64,000 bases of DNA from Felis catus. Its lineage: Eukaryota. The notes below the pieces were generated by a model. That model searched no databases. It was not told the DNA's origin and saw nothing but the letters and a program-made list of their open reading frames with translations. Numbering within the stretch: position 1 is the stretch's first letter; each line of letters starts with the position of its first letter. The DNA lies in assembly GCF_018350175.1 (NCBI RefSeq), contig NC_058368.1:91204001-91268000 (forward strand), read 5' to 3'. This document shows positions 54,055 to 64,000 of the stretch, piece after piece. A program made the position numbers and the translations under genes.

Positions 54055-54171
54055 ATTTACTGTCAGCATGGAGCCCAATGTGGGGCTCAAACTCAGGAAC
54101 CATAAATGAGCTCATGACCTGGGCCAAAACCAAGAGTCAGATACTTACCCGACCGAGCCACCCAGGCACCC
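54055..54171 (-). mobile_element. Can-SINE (partial)
   Basis: Reverse SINEC head, TSD gagacctgcaa. Confidence 0.8.
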
Positions 54172-54337
54172 TGAGACCTGCAATTTTAAAAGTCAGTGTT
54201 CCGCACCTGAATTTAAAAATATCAATATACAAAAGACAAGATCTTAAAAAAATACTTTTACTTAAAAAACATACTTCCTAAGTAGAAAATTAGAATACTT
54301 ATAGAATTATAAAACTTATCTTTAAATAGTAAATACT

Positions 54338-54548
54338 GAGGTGCCTGGGTAGCTCAGTTGGTTAAACATCCAACTCTTGGTTTCAACTCAGGTCATGATG
54401 TCATGGTTCATGAGATTGAGCCCTGTGTTGGGCTCTCCACTGACAGCACGGAGCTTGCATGGGATTCTCTCTCCCTCTCTCTCTGCCCCCCCCCCACTCA
54501 CTTTTTTCTCTCTCTCTCAAAATAAATAAATAAACTTAAAAAAATAAA
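54338..54548 (+). mobile_element. Can-SINE
   Basis: TSD taaatagtaaatac. Confidence 0.88.
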
Positions 54549-54749
54549 TAGTAAATACCAAAGCTTTCTGGATAACTGAAGACAATGGTAGCTCAGTGCA
54601 AGCAAATTAACAAAATTGCTTCCCCAAATGATAAGAAATAACTTCATAACTTTGAGATTTCTATCCAAGTCTTCATCTTCAACATTACTTGAGAAAGAAG
54701 AAAGAAAATACTAAAACTTGTAAAATGTGAGTTAAAAAAGGGAAAAGTG

Positions 54750-54863
54750 CAGGTGCTTGGCTGGCTCAGTTGGTGGCACATGTGACTCTTGATCTTGGGG
54801 TTGTGGGTTTGAGCCCCAGGTTGGGTGTAGAGGTTACTTAAAAATAAAATCTTTAAAAAAAAG
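54750..54863 (+). mobile_element. Short tRNA-like carnivore SINE
   Basis: tggctcagttggt...gggtttgagcccc...acttaaaaataaa; TSD agggaaaagtg. Confidence 0.8.
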
Positions 54864-55528
54864 AGGGAAAAGTGGACATCAAGGAAGATTACAGAGTAGG
54901 AAGCTCTAGGATTCTGCCTCCCTACCTAGACAACAAATGAACTGGCAGAATCTGACTGATGGAAGGATTTTGAAACTGTGGAATCTATTTGAAGGCTGGC
55001 AGCTTCTAAGGGAAGGCTTGATCAGGAAATTGCAGTTTAACTTCAGTCAGTAGCAGCTACCCATGCCCCAGCCTCCAGCCCCATGGCAGGCAGCTGTACT
55101 GGCATTCTTGAGATGGCTTGCAGGAGCCAGGATGACAACAAGAACCTTGTTCTCCAATTATTGTAGATCTGGGTTCTGTCTGAGGATTATTGCTTGGGAT
55201 CATGGAGGTACAGACAGAAAGGCAAGCTGCCATTGTTGCCCCACTAGCTGAAGCAGCTGCCAGGGAATTTCAGGGCCCATGTCTGTCTTCCCCCTACCCT
55301 CTCCCACTTGCATGTTACCTTTTTCCTACTTTGGGGAACCACATATTTAAGTATAAGGAAATTCAAACGTAACTGCATACACGGGGAATTTAGAAAGTCA
55401 TCATACATGCCAAGGGAAAGACAAAGGCTCAGAAAAGACATGAGAAAGCCTTTAGTTTATATCTCAGGCTGGTCCATGGCACAGAGACACCTGACAAAAA
55501 CAACAAAAAATCAGTTGTATATATGAAG

Positions 55529-55529
<1 letters not shown>

Positions 55530-55570
<41 letters not shown>
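55530..55570 (+). repeat. (CA)n microsatellite
   Basis: Read directly. Confidence 0.95.
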
Positions 55571-55572
<2 letters not shown>

Positions 55573-57253
55573 TTTTCCCTGTTATAAAGTGATTTTCTTG
55601 AATTTATGTGGACATACTGTAGGTCAAATATTATTTTCCAAGATAACAATTATGGACTTTAAAGCTCAACATAAAATTAGTAGCTTCAAAAGTGTTGGTT
55701 GTATTCTCCAGCAATAGCATGATAGAATATTTCAATTTTGTACAAATACAGAACTCTAGGACTAGCTGCAAACTTGGAAATCATTTAGCATAATATTTTC
55801 ATTTCCTAAGAAAACTAGACTCAAAGATTAAGTGATTTACACAAGCTCAAATACCTAATAGTAATAAAGCTGGAAATAAAACCAATTTTTCCTAAAACTA
55901 AAATTCGGTGATATTTAAGCTGATTCTCTATCAGCTAAAAATCTAGGCTGTTCTCTAATGTTCCATGCTACTGTGACATAAAAGTATTCAGACACTACAG
56001 TAAATCATAGTCAGGAGATTCAGGCCTGGAAGAGGCTTTATCAAATAGCTAAGCTAGTCCTATCCTTGTGAAAAGGAGGAAATGTATGAGAAGGAAATCA
56101 CTCTGGGAAGGGGGAGAATCTAATTCCTAGAGTTACAACATTATAAAATTCAAATGTCTGATTTTGAACACAAACAAAACTCACAAGGCATTAAAAAAAT
56201 AAGATATGACTCACTCAAAGAAACAAAATAAATAGACAAAAAACATCTATGAGGAAGAGATGATGATGGGCATATTACACAAAAACTTTTAAACTTTAAA
56301 TAGTTTTCAAGAGCTAAGGAAAGATATGGGTAAAGTCATGAAGATGATTTAAAAAATGAAAATATCAATAAAAATATAGAAAACACAGAAAGAAACCAAA
56401 AAGAAATACTAGCGTCAAAGAGTACAATAACTGAAAATTTCACTAGAGAGATTCAAAATCAGATTAGAGCAGGCAGAATCCACAAGCTTGAGGATAGGTC
56501 ATTAAAATTACTGAGTCTGAGGAAGAATAACAACAACAAATATTGAAGAAAGTGAACAGAGCCTAAGAGACCTGTGGGACACCCTCAGGTGGACCAAAAT
56601 AGCCTTGCAGAAGTCCTAGAAAGAGAAGGAAAGGGGCAGAGAGATAATTTGAAGACAATGGCTGAAAATTTTCCAAATTTGATGTGAGATATGAATCTAC
56701 AAATCTGTGAAGCTTAATGAACTCCAAAAAGGATAAACTCAAAGAGACCAACACTGAGACACATTATCACCAAACTGTCAAAAACCCAAAGCCAAAAAGA
56801 GAATATTGAAAGGAGCAAAAGAGAAGCAAGATGCATAACATACAAGGGATCTTTTATAAGATTATCAAATTTCCCATCAGACATTTTAAAGGCCAGAAAG
56901 TAGTGAGCTGATCTAGTTGAAGTGCTGAAAGAAAGGGAAAAAACTTTCAACAGAGAATTCTCCATCTGGTAAACTGCCCTTCAAAGATAATGAAGAAATT
57001 AAGATATTCCCAGGTAAACAAATGCGGAGGGGGTTTATTACTACTAGACCTGCCTTGCAAGAATTATTAAAGGGAGTCTTTCAAGTTGAAATGAAAGGAT
57101 GCAGGGCAAGGTGATACAAAATGAAGATCTCTGGTAAAGGTAAATGCATGGTCAATATAATAACCAGTATTATTGTAATGTTGGCTTATAACTCTGCTTT
57201 TTATCTTCTACATGATTTAAAAGACAAATGTATTTAAAAATTAAATGTATTTC

Positions 57254-57482
57254 GGGGTGCCTGGGTGGCGCAGTCGGTTAAGCGCCCGACTTCAGCCAGG
57301 TCACGATCTCGCGGTCCGTGAGTTCGAGCCCTGCGTCAGGCTCTGGGCTGATGGCTCGGAGCCTGGATCCTGTTTCCGATTCTGTGTCTCCCTCTCTCTC
57401 TGCCCCTCCCCTGTTCATGCTCTGTCTCTCTCTGTCCCAAAAATAAATAAAAAACATTGAAAAAAAAAATTAAAAAAAAAAA
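57254..57482 (+). mobile_element. Young felid SINEC_Fc nested in L1
   Basis: TSD aaaaattaaatgtattt. Confidence 0.92.
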
Positions 57483-57929
57483 TTAAATGTATTTAAACAC
57501 AAGACTGTGTTTTTAAGGCACACAATGCATAATGATGCAATCTGTGACAACAATAACTGAAAAGGGGATGAGGATACAGGTGTAGAGAAGCAGAGATTTT
57601 GTACATTATTGTACTTAAGGTGGTATAAATTCAAATCAGAGTGTTATAAGTTTAGGATGTTAAACATAATCGCAATGTAATAAAAAATACAATATATATT
57701 TAAAAATGGGAGAATTAAAATGTTTCACTACAAAAAATTAACCAAACACAAAAGGAGACAATAATGCAGGAAACCAGGGACAAAACGATATAAGGCATAT
57801 AGAAAACAAACTGCAAAATGGCAGAAGTAAGTCTCTCCATATCAGTAATTACTTCAAAATACAGATATTGGCAGAATGGGGGGAAAAAAAAACCATAACC
57901 TAACTATATGCTGTCTAAAAGGCTCATTT

Positions 57930-58138
57930 CTTTCTTTTTCTTTTTCCTTTTCTTTTTCTTGAAGTAGAATTAACATATAGTTTCAGGTGTACAATATAAT
58001 GAGTCAACAATTCTACACATTACTCAGTGCTTATAAGATAGTTGTACTCTTGATCCTCTTTATCTATTTCACCCCTCTTCCCACCCACCTCAAGCAACAG
58101 TTTGTTCTCTGTATCTCAGAGTTTGTTTTCTGTTTGAA
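57930..58138 (-). mobile_element. Carnivore-type L1 3' fragment nested antisense in the older L1
   Basis: T-rich tail, then gtttcaggtgtacaa...cattactcagtgct. Confidence 0.7.
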
Positions 58139-60676
58139 TAAGAGATTTGCTTTAGATCCAAAGAAATAAATAGGTTCAAAGTGAGAAGATGGAAAGATAC
58201 TTCATATACATGGAAGTACCAAAAGAGAGCGGGAGTAGCTATAATAGTATCAGACAAAATAAAGTTTAGAAAAAAACTTACAAGAGACAAAGAAGGATAA
58301 AGTATATTCATAAAAGTTTCAATTCAGTAAGAAGATATTACAATGTAAGCATTTACATACCTAGTAACACACCTCAAAAAACATGAAGGAAAAATTAACA
58401 AAACTGAAGGGAGAAATCGTTATACAATAGTAGTTGGAGATTTCAATACCCCATATTCAATAAGGAACAGAAAAACCAGATGAAAAGAAGAGAGCAAATA
58501 AAGGACTTGAACAATACAATAAACCAACTAGATCTAATGGATACATACAAAATGTGCTATCCATCAAAAACAGAATACGCATTCTTCACAAATGCACGAG
58601 ACATCCTCCAGAGTAGACCATATGTTACACCAAAAACAAGTTTCAACAGATTTAAAGATACAGGTATCACACAGGTATTCAACCACAATGGGATGAAGTT
58701 AGAAATCAATAACAGAAGTAAATCTGGAAAATTCACAAATATGTGTAAATTAAACAACACGATCTTAAAGAAATGAGTTAAAGAAGAAATCACACAGGAA
58801 ATTAAAAATACAGACAAATGAAAATGAAATCACAACTTATCAAAACTTATGGAATGCAGTGCTAGGAGGAAAATTTATACTATTCAGAGGAAAATCTGAA
58901 TAGACAGATAACTAGTAATCAGTATTCAAAAACCTTCCAACAAAGGAAAGCCCTGCTCCAGATGGTTTCCACTGGTGAATTCTACCAAATATTAAAGAAC
59001 TAACACCAATCTTTTTCAAACTCTTCCAACAAACTGAAGAGGAGGGAACCACTTTGTAACTTTTTCTATGAAGCCAGCATTGCCCTGATAATAAAGTCAA
59101 ACAAAAACACTACAAGAAAGCTGAAGACCAATATTCCTTATGAATACTGACTTTTAAATCTTCAATAAAATACTAGCAAACATAATTCAGGATAATAATA
59201 AAAGGATTATACACCAGGACCAAAGGAAGTTATCCTTGTAATGCAAGCATGGTTAACACATGAAAACCAATCAATGTAATGTATCACATTAGCAGAATGA
59301 AGGGGTAAAACCATACAATCATCTCAAGTGATGCAGAAAAAGCATTTAACAAAATTCAATACCTTTTTGTGATAAAATACACTCAACAAACTGGGAATGG
59401 AAGGAAACTACCCCAAGGTAATAAAGGCCACATATGAAAAACTCATCTTTTCCTCTAAGATCAGGAACGAAGCAAGGATATCCACTGCTACCACTTCTAT
59501 TCAACATAGTGTTAGAATTTCTAGCCAGAGCAATCAGTGAAGAAAAATAATTAAAAGATACCAAATTGGAAAGGAAGAAATAAAATTATCTCACTCATGG
59601 ATGGAATGATCTTATACGTAGAAAATCCTGAAGATTCCACACAAAAACTGTTAGAACTAACAAACAAATTCAGCAAAGCAGCAGTAGTAACACAAAACTC
59701 ACCTGTGTTTTTATATACTAACAATGAACAATGCAAAAGGAAAATAGACAAAATGATTTCATTTACAATAGCATCAAAAAGAATAAAATGCTGAGGAATT
59801 ACCTCAAAGAAGGAGGTGACAGAATGAAAACTATAAACAATGCAGAAAGAAAGTAAAGAAGACATGAAAAGACACCAGGTGTTCATGGATTATAAGACTT
59901 ACTATTAAGATAGCAATTCTACTTGAAGTGATCTACAGATTCAGTGTTATCCCTATTAAAATTCCAATGCTGTATTTTTTTTTCTGCATAAATAGAAAAA
60001 CCCATCCTAAACTTCATATGGAATCTCAAGGGACCCTGAAAAGCCAAAATCATCTTGAAAAAGAAGAACAAAGTTGGGAGTATCACAACTTATTACAAAA
60101 GTATAGTGATTTCAGAACTTATTACAAACTTATTAGTAATTTAAATAGTGTGGTACTGGCATAGACAGACATATAGACCAATAGAATAGAATACAAAATC
60201 CAGAAATAAGCCCTCACATATAGGATAAATGATTTTGACAAGGATGCCAAGACCATTCAATGAGGAAGAGACAGTCTTTTCAACAAATGGTGCTGGGAAA
60301 ACTGGATATCCTCATGCAAAAAAATGAAGTCAGGCCCTTAACTCCACACAAAAAAGTAACTCAAAAATGGATCTATCACTTGAAGAGCTTAAACTATACA
60401 ATTCTTAAAAGAAAACAGGGCAAAAACTTCATGATATTAGATTTGGCAATGATTTCTGAGATAGGGCACAAATAATTGGACTTCATCAAAATTAAAGCTT
60501 TTGTGCATCAAAGAACACTATCAGCAGAATAAAAAGGTAACATACAGAACAGGGAGAAAATATTTGCTAATCCGATATCTGATAAAGGATTAATATCCAG
60601 AATATACAAAGAACTCCTACAACTCAACAGTAAAAAACAAAACAAAAAAAAAAAAACAACTCAAAAATGGGCAAAG

Positions 60677-61125
60677 CAAGTGTCCACCAACTGATGAACA
60701 GATAAAGAGTAAGTGGCATATATATACATACAATGGATATTATTCAGCTATAAAAAAGCATGATATTTTGCCATTTGCAACAACACAGATGGAGCTAGAA
60801 AGTATAATACTAAGTGAAAGAAGTCAGAGAAAGACAAATACCATATAATTTCACTCATGTATGGAATTTAAGAAACAAAACAAATGAACAAAGAAAAAAA
60901 GAGGCAAACCAAAAAACAGACTTAACTGTAGAGAAAACATGGTTACCAGAGGGGAGGTGTGAGGGGGATGGGTGAAATAGGTGATGGAGATTAAAGACTA
61001 TACTTACTTTTGATGAGCACTGAGTAATGTACAGAATTGTTGAATCACTATATTGTACACCTCAAACCAATACAATAAAGGATATGAACTATACTGGAAT
61101 TACAAAAAAGAAAGAAAAGAAAAAC
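60677..61125 (+). mobile_element. Carnivore-type L1 3' fragment nested in the older L1
   Basis: 13-bp TSD aaaatgggcaaag (60664-60676, 61126-61138), A-rich tail. Confidence 0.82.
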
Positions 61126-62331
61126 AAAATGGGCAAAGGACTTGAACAGACATTTCTCTATGGGAGATATACCAGTGACCAATAAGTACATAAAAAGACA
61201 CTCAACATCACTAATCAGTAAGGAAATGCAAATCAAAACCACCAGATACCACTTTAAACCCATTAGTATGGCTATTATTAAAAAACAACAAACCAGAAAA
61301 TAAATGTTGTCAAGGATAGGGAGAAACTGGAACACATATACATTGCTGGTGCGAATAAAAATGAAAGGGGCCATGGTGGAAAACAATACAGCAGTGCCTC
61401 AGAAAGTTAAGTGGAGAATTATTGTGTGATCCAGCAATTCCACTCCTTATGTACCCAAAATTACTGAAAGCAAGGACTGAAAGAGGTATCTGTACATCCA
61501 TGTTCACAGTAGTGTTATTCATAATAGCCAAAGGTGGAAAACACTCAAATTTCTAGTGACAGATGAATGGATAAACAAAATGTGGTATATCCATATTAAC
61601 AGAATATTATTCAGCCTTAAGAAGAAAAGAAGTTCTGACAGATGCTATAACATGGATTAACCTTGAAGATCTTATGTGGAGTGACATAAGCCAGACACAA
61701 AATGACAAGTGTTACAGGATACTAATTCTGTAAGGTTCCTAGAATAGTCAAACACGGAGAGACAGAGAATAGAACAGTGATTAGCAGGGGATGAGGAGAG
61801 AGGTGGATGGGGAATTAGTTTAGTGGGGACAATTCAGGAAGGGATTATGAAGAACTTCTGCAGCTAGATGGTGGGGATGGTTGCACAGCACCGTGAATGA
61901 ACTTAATGCCACCAAACTGTACATTTAAAAATGGTTAACGTGGTAAATTTTACATTTGTACCATAATAAAAAAATCATTAGGGGATGACAGAAAGTTTTG
62001 TCAACACTGTGGATAAATTGGAAGCTAACTACATACACAGCTGGTGGCAATGTCAAGGAGTACCAACCACTCTGGAAAATAGTGTGGCAGCACCTCAAAA
62101 GGGAACCATGTGTCCTCACCTTTTTATTAAAGCATTTCTTTGAGAAAATTTGTATTTGTAAATCTTTCTCTATGCTTTTGATAGGATATGTATATAAATC
62201 TTGTAAAGCCTCTGTGAACATTATAACCCAAAGATGTTCTTAAGGGGCTGGGAGCTGTCTCTTTGAAAGGTAAGCATCAAGAAGGAAGCCTGGAGTTTTG
62301 CGCAGGGGAGTGAGATGACCTGATTTACCTC

Positions 62332-62557
62332 TTTTTTTTTTTTAATTTTTTTTTTTAACGTTTATTTATTTTTGAGACAGAGAGAGACACAGCATGAACG
62401 GGGGAGGGTCAGAGAGAGGGAGACACAGAATCTGAAACAGACTCCAGGCTAGGAGCTGTCAGCACAGAGCCCAATGCGGGGCTCAAACTCAGGGACTGCG
62501 AGATCATGACCTGAGCCAAGTCGGCCGCTCAACCGACTGAGCCACCCAGGTGCCCCC
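62332..62557 (-). mobile_element. Can-SINE
   Basis: TSD cctgatttacct. Confidence 0.9.
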
Positions 62558-63014
62558 TGATTTACCTTTTAATAGAGCATTCTGGCAGCTACAAGAACAG
62601 ATGCTGGTGGCAGTAGGGAGGTGCAGGGCCATGCAGGGGTCTTGTTAGGGAGGGAAAGGAACAAGGAGAAGACTGACCTGAACATACTAGACATGGCTCC
62701 AGAGCACCTGGGCTTTGCTTTTACCTCTTAAGAGATTCACTCTTTAAACCACCACCTGCTGGGTCACTAGGCTGCTAAGGGCAGCACTTTCGTGCAAATT
62801 AGAAGACCCCTGCCCCCTGCCCCCTGTGCAGGGGCAGTCCAAGAACAGCTTGGTGGGTGGAAGGCAACTCCCAGGTGGCCCCCTGGCTGACCACGTGGCC
62901 CAGGTTCAGTCCACCCTACAAGGCTTCTTGCGTTCAGATAACAAAGAGAAAATGATGGGGAAAGAAGAACATATTTTCATTGGAGGTAACTGTTTACCTA
63001 GATCATTCTTGAAT

Positions 63015-63293
63015 TTTTAAAAATATTTATTTATTTTGAGAAAAAGCGAGCAGGGGAGGGGCAGAGAGAAGGAGAGGAGAGAGGGAGAGGGAGAGGGAGA
63101 GGGAGAGGGAGAGGGAGAGGGAGAGGGAGAGGGAGAGGGAGAGGGAGAGGAGAGGAGAGGAGAGAGAGAATCCCAAGCAGGCTCCATACTCAGCAAGGAG
63201 CCCCACGCAGGGCTCGATCTCACAACCATGAGATCAGGACCTGAGCTGAAATCAGGAGCCAGTCACTCAACCACTGAACCACCCAGGTACCCC
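63015..63293 (-). mobile_element. Can-SINE with expanded (GAGAGG)n
   Basis: Reverse SINEC; source of the (SP)n and (EG)n ORFs. Confidence 0.9.
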
Positions 63294-63847
63294 TCCCTGC
63301 ATTTTTTGAATTTTAGATTTCAAGAATAGTTCCACGTTTGGGTGTAAAGCAAACTCATGATGTGTATCACCTTATTACAACTCTTCCAGAAAAGCACCAC
63401 CTCAGTGATTACAGTTTAGGCTCATAGACTCAGAAGAGACACACACCCTGTGTGCCATCTCCTTCCATCTCTCAACTTAAAGCATACATACCTGGGATGA
63501 CAGTTCGTTTTTGTTTTGTTTTTCCTATTTGTGAATAGTATTGAAATAAAAGTAATTTTTTTTAAAAGAGGATATTTGGAGGCAGTTAGAGGTTCTAGGA
63601 GTCCTACCCCGGGAGCACGGGCTTTTCCATCACTGGCTGTCCAAGGGGAAGGTTTTGGTTTGGGTCTAGAGTGAACAAGCTGAGGCACTCCCATAAACAC
63701 CGGCTCCCTCACCCGTGCTCGCAGGGGAGTGAGCTGCCCTCGGGAGGGGAAGCTGCTCTGAGGTCACCTCAGTCCAGACAGATGGAGCCCCCCAACCCCC
63801 CAGGGGTACAGGACAGACACAGCCACATGCCCGGACTCCCAGGGCAT

Positions 63848-63917
63848 GTGGCCCATGTGACTTCCACCTGAGGGAAGGTGGCCCAGGGTGGCCCATGTGA
63901 CTTCCACCTGAGGGAAG
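63848..63917 (+). repeat. Direct repeat, two perfect 30-bp copies with period 40
   Basis: gtggcccatgtgacttccacctgagggaag at 63848-63877 and 63888-63917. Confidence 0.9.
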
Positions 63918-64000
63918 AGAGGGGGTTCATCCCATCTAGAGACACCCACATACTGGTCAGCTGTGATGTCCTTATGTCCATCCGACGTCCACCCACGGTC

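Larger units (their letters stand above)
54873..61970 (+). mobile_element. Near full-length old L1 (5' UTR, ORF1 ~56200-57110, ORF2 ~57800-60660, 3' end to ~61970), decayed, with nested insertions, in a ZNF354B intron
   Basis: ORF-track fragments IKDLNNTINQLDLMDTY, DGMILYVENPEDSTQKLLEL and MIYRFSVIPIKIP are L1 ORF2; many stops and frameshifts. Confidence 0.9.

Noticed and set aside
54750..54863. tRNA gene
   Set aside because: A-tail and TSD with degenerate boxes indicate a tRNA-derived SINE
56200..60660. Active L1 ORF1/ORF2
   Set aside because: Many stops, frameshifts, deletions and nested insertions
63848..63917. CRISPR-like repeat-spacer
   Set aside because: Only two copies with a 10-nt spacer that partly repeats the unit, in mammalian DNA; a simple tandem duplication

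Overview
This is mammalian genomic DNA from a cat or other felid, inferred from about 43 tRNA-derived Can-SINE/SINEC_Fc copies and a felid-type L1 3' end. The window covers part of a KRAB/C2H2 zinc-finger cluster. Three genes lie in tandem on the minus strand: (1) the 5' part of ZNF454 (CpG-island promoter at ~17 kb, ATG exon, KRAB-A and KRAB-B exons; its finger exon lies left of the window); (2) a complete ZFP2 (promoter ~44.2 kb, 13-finger last exon at 21.9-23.4 kb); (3) the last exon of a ZNF354B/Kid-type gene (4+9 fingers; its KRAB exons lie right of the window). This order matches human 5q35.3 as I recall it. The rest is decayed L1, L2, MIR, MaLR/ERV LTRs, SINEs and microsatellites, which explain nearly all short ORFs in the track. 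The main observation is that ZFP2 splices into an intact, in-frame KRAB-A + KRAB-B + 13-finger protein of 574 aa, whereas human and mouse ZFP2 are, from memory, KRAB-less ~460-aa proteins. Smaller observations include relic zinc fingers in two 3' UTRs, shared ZNF143/NRF1-type promoter grammar, a probable divergent transcript, a possible dead KRAB gene, a twin-primed L1 and nested or young retro-insertions. I found no evidence of a wholly new biological system. Gene names come from recalled protein similarity and synteny, not database searches, and repeat boundaries are approximate.
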